Virus genome (UHGV): UHGV-1355782
Direction: 5' to 3' (one strand)
Length of the DNA stretch: 43,206 nucleotides
Source: a virus
Below, in pieces: positions 16,104 through 27,058 of the stretch (position 1 is the stretch's first letter; every line of letters begins with the position of its first letter). The notes under the pieces are model-generated. The model worked only from the letters and a program-made list of their open reading frames with translations, ran no database searches and was not told where the DNA came from. Both the position numbers and the translations under genes were made by a program.

Positions 16104-18374
16104 ATGGCTGATATCGCTAGCTTGATAGTACGAGTATCCGCAACCGGCGTCGATAAAGTCACATCACAACTGAACGGGCTTACTAAAGCCGCAGGCGCCG
16201 CCGCGGCTGCCGTCGTCAGTCTGGAAACCGCTAAGCAGGTGTTCAGCGCGCTGGTGGACTCCCAGCGCAACTTCGATAAGCTGAACTCCGGCCTAATCAC
16301 AATGACCGGGAGTGCTGAGAACGCGGCTAAGGCTTTCAGCGTCCTGCAACAGTTCGCGAAAGAAACCCCATACGGGCTTAACCAGGCGGTGGAAGGCTTT
16401 ACTAAGCTGGTGGCTCTGGGTCTGAACCCCAGCAAAGAAGCGTTAATCTCCTACGGCAACACCGCAGCGGCTATGGGTAAAGACCTTAATCAGATGATTG
16501 AGGCCGTGGCGGACGCCAGTACCTTTGAGTTTGAGCGGCTGAAAGAGTTCGGCATTAAGTCGTCACAGCAGGCAGATACAGTTTCGTTCACGTTCCGCGG
16601 CGTTACCACCACGGTTAAAAAGAACTCCGAAGAGATTCAGAAATACCTGCTAAACATCGGCAATACTGATTTCGCCGGGGCGATGGAGACGCGCTCGAAG
16701 ACATTAGATGGTCAGTTGTCGAGCCTCGCCGACTCCTTCGACGGCCTTGTTCTTGCCGTAGCGCAATCAGGTTTTGGCGACGCCGTAGGCGAGCAAGCTG
16801 CAACAGCGGAAGATGCTATCACGTCACTCACCGACGCCATAGCGTCTAATGAGATAGTCGCCACGCTCCAGGATTGGGTGACACTGTTCAATGAATCGTT
16901 CAAGTTTATTTCTGATGCCTTGAACGACCTGGCATTTGACACCGAGGACAAATCCGCAGATATGTCAGACTCGCTGGGAACTATCCCTGATGCCATCAGG
17001 GAGTGGTTGCCTGACATCCAGCAGACATTCCACGAGGTTATCGCGTGGTTCCAGCGTATTGACGATTACGCCGTAGCGTTAGGTCAGACCCTTGCTGATG
17101 TGTTTGACCCGAGCAAAACGGCAGCGCTCACATTTAAAAACCTTACCGCAGAGGCTGATGCCGCATACGATGCCAGCATAAAACGGGCGGAGGCCGAGTC
17201 GCAGGCCATTACCAACAGGTCTAAGCAGCGTAAGAAAGAAATTGAGGAACAACGCAAGCAGTATGATGAGCGCAAGAAGCAAGAGATTGACTTAGCCAGC
17301 CTTGTTAATAAAAAGGGTGAAAATGGCGGAGCCGGAAACACCAACGACAAAGACGCGAAAGCCGCGGCTAAGAAAGCGGAGCAATTGCGTAAACAGGCGC
17401 AAGATTACCTCGATACTCTGGCCCGTCAGAATAACGACGAGTTAAAGGCTATTGACGCGCAGGAACAGCAGAAACTGGCTAAAGCAAAAGAGTTCTACAG
17501 CCAGGGCGCGTTGTCGCTGAAAGAATACGAGCAAGCAAAAACGGCTATTGTCCTCGAAGCCGGGCAAGCACGGCAGGAAGAGCTGGATAAGCGAGAGAAA
17601 GAACGGCAGGAAAAGCAACAGAAAGGTGACGACTTCATGGCTCAGATTATGGGCCAGAACGCTACTGAGCTTGAGCTTCTCGACATCCAGGAACAGCAGA
17701 AACTGGCGGTAGCCGATAAATACCGCGAACAGGGTCTGATTAACGAGGAACAGTATCAGGCGGCGCTTAACGCTATAAATGAGCAGTATGCCACGAAACG
17801 TGCAGATGCTTTAGGTAGTTCTTTCGGTGACATGGCGGCTAATGCTAAAACTGCATTTGGCGAGGCGTCCACCGCGTATAAAGCGTTCGCTATTGCACAG
17901 GCCACTATCGCCACGTACACATCGGCTATTGAGGCATATAAGTCAACGGCTGCCATCCCTGTTGTCGGCCCATTCCTGGCGCCGGTTGCCGCAGCTACTG
18001 CCGTTGCCGCGGGGCTGGCTAATATCGCCAAAATCCGCTCGGCACGTGAGCAGGGCGGTCAGTTATCAGCGGGGCAGATGTCTACCATCGCAGAACGCGG
18101 CAAACCGGAAGTTATCATGCCTGCTGGCGCATCGCGCGTACGAACTGCGCAGCAGATGAAAGAGATTATGGGGCAAAACGGCGGCCAGTCCGGCGGTGAT
18201 AACGTCACTATAGTTAATAACACTACGGGGCGCGTAGATTCTGCTGTAACAGAACGTGATGACGAAGGGCGTTTACGTATTATAATCAGTGAAACAGTAG
18301 CGTCGCAGTTACAGGATAACAACTCACCGATTTCTAAAGCTCGCCGCTCTACTCGCGGTCAGCCGGGGTATTAA
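16104..18374 (+). CDS. tail tape measure protein
   Basis: about 757 aa, Ala/Gln/Glu-rich with long coiled-coil segments; ATG 16104 (ORF track starts at TTG 16089). Confidence 0.8.
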   Translation: MADIASLIVRVSATGVDKVTSQLNGLTKAAGAAAAAVVSLETAKQVFSALVDSQRNFDKLNSGLITMTGSAENAAKAFSVLQQFAKETPYGLNQAVEGFTKLVALGLNPSKEALISYGNTAAAMGKDLNQMIEAVADASTFEFERLKEFGIKSSQQADTVSFTFRGVTTTVKKNSEEIQKYLLNIGNTDFAGAMETRSKTLDGQLSSLADSFDGLVLAVAQSGFGDAVGEQAATAEDAITSLTDAIASNEIVATLQDWVTLFNESFKFISDALNDLAFDTEDKSADMSDSLGTIPDAIREWLPDIQQTFHEVIAWFQRIDDYAVALGQTLADVFDPSKTAALTFKNLTAEADAAYDASIKRAEAESQAITNRSKQRKKEIEEQRKQYDERKKQEIDLASLVNKKGENGGAGNTNDKDAKAAAKKAEQLRKQAQDYLDTLARQNNDELKAIDAQEQQKLAKAKEFYSQGALSLKEYEQAKTAIVLEAGQARQEELDKREKERQEKQQKGDDFMAQIMGQNATELELLDIQEQQKLAVADKYREQGLINEEQYQAALNAINEQYATKRADALGSSFGDMAANAKTAFGEASTAYKAFAIAQATIATYTSAIEAYKSTAAIPVVGPFLAPVAAATAVAAGLANIAKIRSAREQGGQLSAGQMSTIAERGKPEVIMPAGASRVRTAQQMKEIMGQNGGQSGGDNVTIVNNTTGRVDSAVTERDDEGRLRIIISETVASQLQDNNSPISKARRSTRGQPGY

Positions 18375-18377
18375 TTA

Positions 18378-18872
18378 ATGAGCGATTTGAGATTCCCAAT
18401 GTCCCTTCGCCCGATAGTGTCGAAGGGGTACTCCCAGACCAGGGGGAGTAATATCTGGCGCACCGAGGTTCAGGGTGGGTTACCTCGACAGGGGAGGGAC
18501 ACGTACTTCGAACCGGTTCCTATTAGTGTAACGCTCGTCGTGTCTTCTCTCGGGCGCCAGGCGTTTTATAGCTTCCTGAACAACATCGACGGCGGGGCGT
18601 CCTCGTTTATCATGCCGCATGATACAGGTATGGGCATCGAGGACCACCAGATACTCATCACGTCGACGATTAGTGACAGCACCGACGACGGAAAGAACTG
18701 GGTGATTACGTTCACTGCTACGGCAGAGAGAACAGCGATTCAGGAAGATACATGCCTTACTAAGAATCTACCGGATTTGTTCGGCTGTTATGGGGATTGC
18801 TTAGGCGGATTCCTTAAAGCATACGGAACCGCGCAATCAACGTTTCCACGAATTTGGGACCCGATGCAATGA
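18378..18872 (+). CDS. minor tail protein (gpM-like, putative)
   Basis: first gene after tape measure; size and synteny. Confidence 0.45.
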   Translation: MSDLRFPMSLRPIVSKGYSQTRGSNIWRTEVQGGLPRQGRDTYFEPVPISVTLVVSSLGRQAFYSFLNNIDGGASSFIMPHDTGMGIEDHQILITSTISDSTDDGKNWVITFTATAERTAIQEDTCLTKNLPDLFGCYGDCLGGFLKAYGTAQSTFPRIWDPMQ

Positions 18873-19384
18873 GTCAGGAATCAGTAGAAGCTGCATATCG
18901 CCGTAAACTGGCATCAAACCCAGACGGCGAACTGGATTACATTACGCTTGAAATAACACACCCGCTTCTCTCAAAGCGGTGGTTGCTTGTGCGCGGTACG
19001 TCTGACCTTACCGCTACGCTTGAGACTGGCGAAACCGTTACGTTCGAGGCCACGCCTATGGACGCCAAGAACGCCGCGAACAATAATGACATGGACCAGA
19101 CAGCGTCATTCTCGCTGCCGGATGTCCTTAACATTCTCGATGAAGAGATGGACCGCATCCCCTACAGCAACACAGAGTTGCCTAAATTCATATTCCGCCG
19201 CTACGTAAGCACGGACCTGTCGTACCCGTGCGACGGCCCAGTGGTATATGAGTTGCAGACGTTGACGCAAGAAAAAGGCGTGTTCACCGCCGAGACCGGA
19301 ACGCCTATGCTCAACCAGCGGCAGACCGGAATCCTGATGACACCGGAAGAAATACCGCTGCTGCGTGGGGTACTTTTGTCATGA
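18869..19384 (+). CDS. minor tail protein (gpL-like, putative)
   Basis: ATGA coupling at 18869-18872; synteny. Confidence 0.45.
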   Translation: MSQESVEAAYRRKLASNPDGELDYITLEITHPLLSKRWLLVRGTSDLTATLETGETVTFEATPMDAKNAANNNDMDQTASFSLPDVLNILDEEMDRIPYSNTELPKFIFRRYVSTDLSYPCDGPVVYELQTLTQEKGVFTAETGTPMLNQRQTGILMTPEEIPLLRGVLLS

Positions 19385-19746
19385 GTATCACCGATTATAC
19401 GGGCACCCCTTATGACTTCCGTCGTTACAATTGTTGGCATCACGTGCGCAGGGTGCGCGGTGATGTTGGCCTATCTACGCCCGCTTTCGACGTAACATCA
19501 CCAACTGCAATACCCGCGGCGTTTGATGCTGGGCACTCCAACCCTAAAGGTCTGGAACGCACCACCAGTCCGCAGAATTATGATGCCGTGTTGCTGGGCA
19601 CTTATCACAGAGGGCGTGTAGTGTGGCATGCAGGCGTGTATTATGATGGAATGGTGAGCCACTGTGAGTTAGCATCCAGACAAGTGCGTCTCGACCGCCT
19701 TGACGATTTACGCGACACATATCAGGAGATTGAATTTTGGCGATAG
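19381..19746 (+). CDS. tail assembly protein (gpK-like, putative)
   Basis: 121 aa with Cys/His-rich segment YNCWHHVRR; synteny. Confidence 0.4.
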   Translation: MSITDYTGTPYDFRRYNCWHHVRRVRGDVGLSTPAFDVTSPTAIPAAFDAGHSNPKGLERTTSPQNYDAVLLGTYHRGRVVWHAGVYYDGMVSHCELASRQVRLDRLDDLRDTYQEIEFWR

Positions 19747-22286
19747 TCATCCACTACACCCGCAACGAAGACGGGACGTTCTCGCAAAAACGGCATAACG
19801 ACTCGCCGCTGAATTTCGTCGTAAAACATATCCCTGATGGTGTGCCGTTTCGCGTTTTCCTCGAAGAGATAGGAGAGGATAACGACGTAACAGAAAATTT
19901 CGACGCGTTAAAACAGGATGCTGTTTTCCACGTCCTGGAAGGTGCTGGCGGCGGTGCTATCAAGGGTGTGATGAAAGTGTTCAGCATAATCCTTAAACCT
20001 CTAGCTAAATTACTCACACCGTCAACAAAGGGCGCGTCTAACAATCTCGCTAACCAGCAAGCGGACTCGCCGAATAACAGCCTGACAGACCGGAATAACA
20101 AAGCTCGCCCGTACGAGCGAACTTATGACATCTGCGGTAGGGTGCAGACAATACCTAATAACCTTATGACCACTTATAAGGTTTTCGATAACGCGGGCCG
20201 CATCATTGAGTATGGCTACTATGATGCCGGGCGCGGGTATCTTGACGTTAAAGCAGAAGACATCACCGACGGTGACACCAAAGTCCAGGAGATAACCGGA
20301 ACTTCTGTCGCGGTGTATGCCCCGTACACATCACCCAATAACACAAGCTCCCCTCAACTTCTTGTTGGCGAACCTATCGACCAAAAGTTGTATACCACCA
20401 TCGCATCTAATGAAGTAGATGGCGCGGTACTGAAAGCGCAAAACGGCATAAGGGTAAACCCCAGCGATACCGGTGAGATATCGCTGCAAGGGACAACGGG
20501 TATTGTACGTGACGCGACCGGAGATTCCGCGTTTACAGAAATTCTGTCAGTTGGCGATGTGGCTGTTTTCAATCTCATTCTGGTAAAAGATGTCGCTAAC
20601 GTAAGCGGTAATTATGTGGTCACTTACGTCGATGATTTCGAGGTTAGAGTCGCTGTAGGTGGTATGCTCACCGAATGGCAGAAGTTGCCGTCTGGTTTCA
20701 CACGGCTGACACAGGGTAACGAGGCGTGGATTTCACCCTCAAACACATATGATAAGTCATTAACGGACTGGACTACGCTTAACCGTCTGCCGGTAGAGCG
20801 CATCGTCGCCAATATCGCCGCCGCTAACGGCATGTATAAAGACAACGGCAGTAAACTAAGGGCTTCCGTTACCGTCGAGTTGCAGTACCAGTTACTCGAC
20901 GACACCGGAACACCCTACGGGCCTGTATATAGTAAACAAGGCACTATCTCCGGGCGCTCCTCGGATTACACAGGCGTGACAATCTACGCTGACCTGCCAT
21001 CACCGTCTAACGTTCGTGTACGGGCGCGCAGGGTGACAAACCTTGACCTTGCTTTTGAGGGTACAGTAGTGGACGAGGTTTCTTACATAAACCTGTACGG
21101 GCAAATACGCGACACCACACCTAACTTCGGCAACAGAACCACCGTGCATTCCGCACGTAAACAGACGCCACGGGCCGCAGAGGTTAAACAACCACAATTG
21201 CGAATGGTAGTAACTGAGATGGTATACAAGTACCTCGGTAACGGTGTTTTTGACTCCGTAAGAACGCCAAACACGCAAGCGGTACAGTCCCTGATACGGC
21301 TTGCTCGCGACCCGGATGTCGGCGCGTTGAATCTGACAACGGCAAATATGGATAAACTGTTAGCGGTACAGAGCGAAATTGAAAGCTATTTCGGAAGCGC
21401 ATCCGCCGGTCAGTTCTGCTACACATTCGACGATTACAAAACTACGATGCAGGACATAGTAACCACGATAGCGGAAGCAATTTTCTGTACCCCATATCGG
21501 AGAGGTGCAGATATTCTTCTGGACTTTGAACGCCCGCGGATTGGCCCTGAGATGGTATTCACCCACCGCAGCAAAACTACCGCTACGGAGAAGTGGACGC
21601 GCACGTTTAACGATGCCCAGGTATACGATAGCCTTAAGTTTTCATACATCGACCCGGATACTAACGTCAAAGAGACAATCAGCATCCCGGCCGAAGGTGG
21701 GGTTAATACTGAAACGTACGACTCTAAAGGTATCCGTAATTATCGACAGGCGTACTGGGCCGCATATCGTCGATACCAGAAAAACCTGCTGAAAAAGGTC
21801 ACGGTATCTTTCACGGCTACAGAAGAAGGGATTTTTGCGATGCCAGGACGTGCCGTAAGTGTGGTGAAAGGTTCTCGCATAGCCCCTCAGGATGGCTATA
21901 TAATCGCCGTTAACGGGCTGACGCTTACGTTATCACAGCCGGTTACGTTTACCTCCGGGGATGACCATTCACTCATCCTTAAGAAGCGTGATGGCGGAGT
22001 TCAGAGTGTTGCAGTTGTGCCGGGGAGTCACGACCGTGAAGTGATTATGTTATCGGCGCCTCAAGAAGCGATTTACACGGGGAATAGCGCGCTAAAAACT
22101 GAGTTTTCATTCGGCAACGAAGCAAGGCATAATGCTCAGATGATTCTCGTTTCTACAGTTGACCCCGGAGATGACAGAACAGTTAAGATTACCGGGATTA
22201 ACTACGAAGCGGATTTCTATAAATACGACGGCGTCGCGCCATACGGCAGCGGTTTCTCCGACGGATTCGGCAATGGTTTTAATTAA
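19737..22286 (+). CDS. tail tip / central fiber protein (J-like host specificity protein)
   Basis: 849 aa downstream of the K-like gene; RBS AGGAGA before TTG 19737. Confidence 0.55.
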   Translation: MAIVIHYTRNEDGTFSQKRHNDSPLNFVVKHIPDGVPFRVFLEEIGEDNDVTENFDALKQDAVFHVLEGAGGGAIKGVMKVFSIILKPLAKLLTPSTKGASNNLANQQADSPNNSLTDRNNKARPYERTYDICGRVQTIPNNLMTTYKVFDNAGRIIEYGYYDAGRGYLDVKAEDITDGDTKVQEITGTSVAVYAPYTSPNNTSSPQLLVGEPIDQKLYTTIASNEVDGAVLKAQNGIRVNPSDTGEISLQGTTGIVRDATGDSAFTEILSVGDVAVFNLILVKDVANVSGNYVVTYVDDFEVRVAVGGMLTEWQKLPSGFTRLTQGNEAWISPSNTYDKSLTDWTTLNRLPVERIVANIAAANGMYKDNGSKLRASVTVELQYQLLDDTGTPYGPVYSKQGTISGRSSDYTGVTIYADLPSPSNVRVRARRVTNLDLAFEGTVVDEVSYINLYGQIRDTTPNFGNRTTVHSARKQTPRAAEVKQPQLRMVVTEMVYKYLGNGVFDSVRTPNTQAVQSLIRLARDPDVGALNLTTANMDKLLAVQSEIESYFGSASAGQFCYTFDDYKTTMQDIVTTIAEAIFCTPYRRGADILLDFERPRIGPEMVFTHRSKTTATEKWTRTFNDAQVYDSLKFSYIDPDTNVKETISIPAEGGVNTETYDSKGIRNYRQAYWAAYRRYQKNLLKKVTVSFTATEEGIFAMPGRAVSVVKGSRIAPQDGYIIAVNGLTLTLSQPVTFTSGDDHSLILKKRDGGVQSVAVVPGSHDREVIMLSAPQEAIYTGNSALKTEFSFGNEARHNAQMILVSTVDPGDDRTVKITGINYEADFYKYDGVAPYGSGFSDGFGNGFN

Positions 22287-22298
22287 AGAGGACTCTAT

Positions 22299-24386
22299 AT
22301 GTCAAGCGGATGCGGTGACGTTTTAAGCCTGGCGGACTTACAAACCGCCAAGAAACACCAGATTTTCGAGGCCGAGGTTATCACGGGTAAATCCGGCGGC
22401 GTTGCTACGGGCGCCGATATTGATTACGCAACTAATCAGGTTACGGGACAGACCCAGAAGACGTTACCCGCCGTGTTGCGTGATGCTGGTTTTTCTCCTG
22501 TATCGTGGGATTTCTCCACTGGCGGTACGTTAACAGTTAATGACCGCGACAAAGTGGTGTACGACCCTGTGAGTAAAACGTGGTACTCGTATGCCGGGAC
22601 TCTGCCTGTAGTAGTTCCTGCAGGACTTAACCCAGTAGGAAACGCGGACTGGAAGCCACAGACTGACCCAAACCTGCGGAATGATTTAAGACTGGTATCC
22701 GCTTACTTTATGGAAGTGTCCGAGATATCTACCGCCGATATTAGTGCTATCTACGATACTGTATGTGTTGGGTCTCGCTACGTATATTCCAGGTCCACCG
22801 GAGCGGTTGACGGGATTACAAAAATAGCATCCGCCGATGGGGGCGTGTGGGAGTTAACATCCGCGACTGGGATATACGCGTCTGATTTTTGTACGGATAC
22901 CACTTCTCTTATGAAAGCGTACACCGCATCCGTTGCACTAGCGTGCGATTTTATTATTGATAAAAATATGACGGGTCTGATGGCATCTACAGATGACCCT
23001 GTAAGCCCAGGTAATAACGCCTTTAAGTCAGTTATTTGTTGCGTTAGCAACTCAACAATACGTTTCGTAGGTGATGGCGCACTACGTCTGGCTAATCAAG
23101 GCAGACCTCAAAGCCACATCATTTACGTCGCAAATGGTGTTCAAAACGTAAATATTTACAACCCTGTACTAGAGGGGGACAGGCTCACAAACACCACAAT
23201 AGGGGAACATGGCTGGGGGCTTACAATACTCCAATCTTCCAACATCCGAGTTATAGGCGGCACCTTCACAAACATGTTCGGAGATGGAATATACATCGGC
23301 ATGAAATGGGGCACGACAGACGGCACAGTACCTGGAAACATTTACATAGAAAAACCAGTCATACGACAATGCCGCCGTAATGGCATAAGCCTAACTTCTG
23401 GAGAGAATGTCCTGATAGTTAACCCCGAGATTTATAACATAGGTGACTATGGTGGGGTAACGGGTGCCATGCCGAAATCTGGTATAGATATTGAGCCGGA
23501 AGCAGACGAAGGAACCCCGGGATATACTGTTCCGCGGTTAATTAACTGCGAAATTTCAAACCCGTATATTAACGGCGCGTATACAGGTCTTGAACTTAAT
23601 ATTTTCCCAAACAGTCTTGTTGCCGATGTGGTGGTATCAGGTAACACAACATTGGTTAACGTGACTAATAGGGGGGTAACAGCTACCAGAGTTCAGCCTA
23701 ACGGTATAGGGAAAATATTTATTAACCGTGTGGTATTTAAAACACTTCCAATCGATTTTTGTGTTTTTGAGATGTTAGGTAATGATAGACTTTTTGTAGA
23801 AATAGGTGAAATTTCTGACGAGAGCACAACCGCTGGCGGTGACAGGAATATACGGCTGTTACCTAGAACGGCAGACCCTGTCGGGCAAGGTCTGTCCCGA
23901 AACTTTAGCAACATAAGCGTAGGTAAATGTTCGTCAAAAATATCTACATTCACGCTACTAGCAGGTATAAGCCTTGAACAATACTTCCTCGACATAAATA
24001 TAGGTCAGAAAAACGACCCTATAGTGACGTCTCTTGCTTATACGGCAGGCGACACCGGGCCAGCTCAAATGCGAGGTTTTATAGGGGGTGTGTACACCAC
24101 AACCAATACCACCGGTATAAAGAGCAAGTTATACAACAGCACTATACGCTGCAACACTTTAGCTCAATCCGGCAACATAACGGTAGACACCACTGGCGAT
24201 TTTCGGGAATTGACAGTCGGTAAGTTTCCTAACTCTGACGTGGTAAATAGCGTTTATGTTTCCGGACTTAACACACCCAGCGGTGCTTCCATGCACAGCG
24301 CTGATTTTTCAGCAAGACTAACGTTCAAGAACAATGAGGGCACATTTTCAGAAATAATAAGCTCATACGGGACATGGGTGGTATAG
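22299..24386 (+). CDS. tailspike protein with parallel beta-helix-type central domain
   Basis: 695 aa; RBS AAGAGGA; repetitive beta-helix-like segments (NIRVIGGTFTNMFGDGIYIG, RRNGISLTSGENVLIVNPEIYNIG); last structural gene before terminator. Confidence 0.65.
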   Translation: MSSGCGDVLSLADLQTAKKHQIFEAEVITGKSGGVATGADIDYATNQVTGQTQKTLPAVLRDAGFSPVSWDFSTGGTLTVNDRDKVVYDPVSKTWYSYAGTLPVVVPAGLNPVGNADWKPQTDPNLRNDLRLVSAYFMEVSEISTADISAIYDTVCVGSRYVYSRSTGAVDGITKIASADGGVWELTSATGIYASDFCTDTTSLMKAYTASVALACDFIIDKNMTGLMASTDDPVSPGNNAFKSVICCVSNSTIRFVGDGALRLANQGRPQSHIIYVANGVQNVNIYNPVLEGDRLTNTTIGEHGWGLTILQSSNIRVIGGTFTNMFGDGIYIGMKWGTTDGTVPGNIYIEKPVIRQCRRNGISLTSGENVLIVNPEIYNIGDYGGVTGAMPKSGIDIEPEADEGTPGYTVPRLINCEISNPYINGAYTGLELNIFPNSLVADVVVSGNTTLVNVTNRGVTATRVQPNGIGKIFINRVVFKTLPIDFCVFEMLGNDRLFVEIGEISDESTTAGGDRNIRLLPRTADPVGQGLSRNFSNISVGKCSSKISTFTLLAGISLEQYFLDINIGQKNDPIVTSLAYTAGDTGPAQMRGFIGGVYTTTNTTGIKSKLYNSTIRCNTLAQSGNITVDTTGDFRELTVGKFPNSDVVNSVYVSGLNTPSGASMHSADFSARLTFKNNEGTFSEIISSYGTWVV

Positions 24387-24400
24387 CGTAAGAAGTGATT

Positions 24401-24424
24401 AGGCCCCAAACGGGGCCTTTTCTC
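24401..24424 (+). terminator. rho-independent terminator after tailspike
   Basis: AGGCCCC-aaac-GGGGCCT followed by TTTCTC. Confidence 0.65.
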
Positions 24425-24561
24425 TACTCTTCAGGTAACTTCTCCAGTACAAACGCCAGTTGCGCATTAGCGGCGTCTCTTTGTTGCCGTAGCCGTAGAA
24501 CCTCTTCTTCAAGTTCCTTGATACGTTTTTGCAATGCTGGAATCGGGGCTATGATGTTCAT
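24424..24561 (-). CDS. hypothetical coiled-coil peptide (45 aa)
   Basis: ATGA coupling to upstream gene; same junction sequence TTCATTTCTTACCT as at 24739-24754. Confidence 0.3.
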   Translation of the reverse strand: MNIIAPIPALQKRIKELEEEVLRLRQQRDAANAQLAFVLEKLPEE

Positions 24562-24743
24562 TTCTTACCTTCGCTTTTCTTGAAACTGCGCTTTATGTCC
24601 GGCAGCGTGTAGCAGCGTGACTTTTCGTATTTACCGTCCGAGCTTACCAAAACAAAGCTGTTGCCGTCTTTCGATATGTACTCGATGGTGAAAGTATTGA
24701 ATGAGTGTATGCTGTATATCTCATCGCCAACATTAAGTTTCAT
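24558..24743 (-). CDS. hypothetical protein (61 aa)
   Basis: ATGA coupling to helicase stop; RBS GAGGTAAGAA. Confidence 0.45.
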   Translation of the reverse strand: MKLNVGDEIYSIHSFNTFTIEYISKDGNSFVLVSSDGKYEKSRCYTLPDIKRSFKKSEGKK

Positions 24744-26164
24744 TTCTTACCTCGTCTCTTCATGTAATTAAGCAATTCTTCCTGCACCGATTTCTTCTCG
24801 TCGGTACGCGCGGCAACAACCTCGTCCAGCGTGTCTTTAGCTACGATGTGATACAGGAACACCGGGCGCTCATGGCCTGCCTGTTTCTGGCGTACTGGGC
24901 CTATACGCTCGACAACCTGCAAATAGTGCTCAAGGTTCCACCCTTGTGAAATAAACGCCAGATGATGCCCGCCGTCCTGTAAATTCAAACCATGCCCGGC
25001 TGATGCGGGATGCACACACAAAATCTCGATTTCACCGCGGTTCCACGCTTCCATCTGCTTATTGCCCTTAGCGCCTTTTGCAAACGCCTGGGCCTGTGGG
25101 AATCGCTTAAGGATACGCTCCAGTTCATGCTTGAACTGATAGGCCACCAGTAACGGCGCGCCCTGTAACTCCTCAACAATGGACTCCAGCGCATCCAGTT
25201 TCGTGTCGTGCACTTTCTCCCATTCTTTCGTTGCTTCACCATCCGGCCCGGACACATATACGGCACCGGATGCAATCTGCAAACACTTCGACGTCTTCGC
25301 CGCTGCGTTAGCCGCTTCAACTTCCCCGCTCTCAAGTTCAGCGAATAACTTCTCCTCCATATCGATGTACGCCTGACGTGCTTTCTTCGGCAGGTCAATT
25401 TCCACCGGCACGATAATAGGTGCTTCACAACCGAACCACTCGGCAGCATCAATCGTAAGACTGATGTCCTTCATCTTCTGGTGAATCTCATTATCAGCAC
25501 CAGGGCGGGCATGGTACTCACGCGCCATAGCCGATTTGCCTTTCTGTACAGAGTTAAACCATCGGTCGGTGAATGCCGTGTATGAAGAACCGAGGCGCTC
25601 GCCAGCGTCAATAAACCAGTTCTGCCCCCACAAGTCTTTGAGGCCGTTCGGCGACGGTGTTCCCGTAAGGTTTATCAGCCGCTTAACATTTCTAAATGCT
25701 ACTTTACTAAGCGCCTTTGCCCTCTTGCTCCCGCCAGAACGGCTACGGTACGATTTCAACTTTGTACTTTCATCGTTAACTATCACAGTAAAGGGCCAGT
25801 CATCTACCCCGTAATAGTCGATAAGCCACTCTATAACCTCATAGTTAATACAAATTACATTAGCGTCTGACTCCAGCGCCGCGATGCGGCGCTTCTCTGA
25901 ACCGGTAGCATCGACGACACTCAGGCATGGGAAATTCCATTTCTCTTGTTCTGCTGGCCATGTGCCAGACGCAACACGTAACGGGGCGAGGATTAACACG
26001 CGGTCCTCGTCATTAAGCTGCCCGTTTCGGAACAGTCGGTTTAATGCCCACAGTACGCTGCCAGTCTTCCCGGCGCCCATGCTTGCCCATATGTTGCAGC
26101 GATGGTGTTGCAACATGAACGAGGTCATGAGTTTCTGGTACTCGCGTCTTTGAAACTTAGACAT
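24740..26164 (-). CDS. SNF2/DEAD-like superfamily 2 helicase
   Basis: Walker A MGAGKTGS, DExx box VNDEST; start at ATG 26164 with RBS ACGAGG (ORF track extends to 26287, overlapping the methyltransferase). Confidence 0.7.
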   Translation of the reverse strand: MSKFQRREYQKLMTSFMLQHHRCNIWASMGAGKTGSVLWALNRLFRNGQLNDEDRVLILAPLRVASGTWPAEQEKWNFPCLSVVDATGSEKRRIAALESDANVICINYEVIEWLIDYYGVDDWPFTVIVNDESTKLKSYRSRSGGSKRAKALSKVAFRNVKRLINLTGTPSPNGLKDLWGQNWFIDAGERLGSSYTAFTDRWFNSVQKGKSAMAREYHARPGADNEIHQKMKDISLTIDAAEWFGCEAPIIVPVEIDLPKKARQAYIDMEEKLFAELESGEVEAANAAAKTSKCLQIASGAVYVSGPDGEATKEWEKVHDTKLDALESIVEELQGAPLLVAYQFKHELERILKRFPQAQAFAKGAKGNKQMEAWNRGEIEILCVHPASAGHGLNLQDGGHHLAFISQGWNLEHYLQVVERIGPVRQKQAGHERPVFLYHIVAKDTLDEVVAARTDEKKSVQEELLNYMKRRGKK

Positions 26165-26840
26165 GATTAGCCTCGTAAACTGCTTTTGCGAAACCCCGAG
26201 GAGTAAGGCTGCGGATTGTTTTTGTCCGCACTGATTTACCGCCAAGTTTGTTGTGCTGGTCAGAATACCCATCACCCACGGCAACACCTGACTTAACCGG
26301 CATTACGAAACCATTACCCGTCCAAAGACATGTCTTTTTAGGGTACGCGTCTCGGGGTTTTATGTATTCAGGGAACATTGGATGCGTATCGTCTTCCGGT
26401 AGATAGCCGCCGTATTCGTAAGGATTGAACACATAATCGGGCTTACGCCACAAAGACGAGAGGACGCTAACTGGGTTCTCAATCATATAAGGTACGTTAT
26501 ACCTTTTAGCCAGGCGTGCCGCCACTTTGCATGTGATAACAGCCTCTACCTGAAACGTTGGGTTCTTCTTACGCTTCGTTTCGAAATGCGCCGCGCCACT
26601 AACGGCTAAATCTGTGCAAGGAGGGAACGCAAAAATAATATCTGGCGAAACCTCGAAGTCGAACTTATTATCAATCCACGCGTTTATATAGTGGATGTTC
26701 TCGTGTTCAACTTTTGCGCCCAATCGCGCGTAGTCGCCGTGGTCGGCACCATCGTAGTTGAAACAATAGCAAGTATGGCCCGCTTCTGCCCACGGTTGGG
26801 CCATAAGGCCCGAACCGTCAAACAATGACCAGACAATCAT
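26157..26840 (-). CDS. DNA cytosine-C5 methyltransferase (putative)
   Basis: motif I FDGSG, motif IV FPPC, ENP motif MIENPV. Confidence 0.65.
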   Translation of the reverse strand: MIVWSLFDGSGLMAQPWAEAGHTCYCFNYDGADHGDYARLGAKVEHENIHYINAWIDNKFDFEVSPDIIFAFPPCTDLAVSGAAHFETKRKKNPTFQVEAVITCKVAARLAKRYNVPYMIENPVSVLSSLWRKPDYVFNPYEYGGYLPEDDTHPMFPEYIKPRDAYPKKTCLWTGNGFVMPVKSGVAVGDGYSDQHNKLGGKSVRTKTIRSLTPRGFAKAVYEANHV

Positions 26841-27028
26841 TTTGCCACCAGCACCAGCTCTTTACGCCCGAACGCCGTAACGTTACCAGTTACATCTTCG
26901 ATAACCAGTTTACCGTTCGACTCGACGAACACCGTATCAACGGCAACAGGGCGACGTGTCTTAACGTTGAAAATCATGTCGCCAGGTACGATGTCACGTG
27001 CTGGTTTACGGTCATATTCGTGTTTCAT
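26837..27028 (-). CDS. hypothetical protein (63 aa)
   Basis: RBS AAGGA before ATG 27028; first gene downstream of class-2 promoter. Confidence 0.5.
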   Translation of the reverse strand: MKHEYDRKPARDIVPGDMIFNVKTRRPVAVDTVFVESNGKLVIEDVTGNVTAFGRKELVLVAK

Positions 27029-27058
27029 TTCTCAATTCCTTATATTGTTGGTGTATGG

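Noticed and set aside
16076-18159. Alternative-frame and antisense ORFs inside the tape measure gene (for example 16076-16435 minus, 17827-18159 plus)
   Set aside because: Arg/Ser/Leu-rich translations typical of out-of-frame reading of a repetitive Ala/Gln-rich gene
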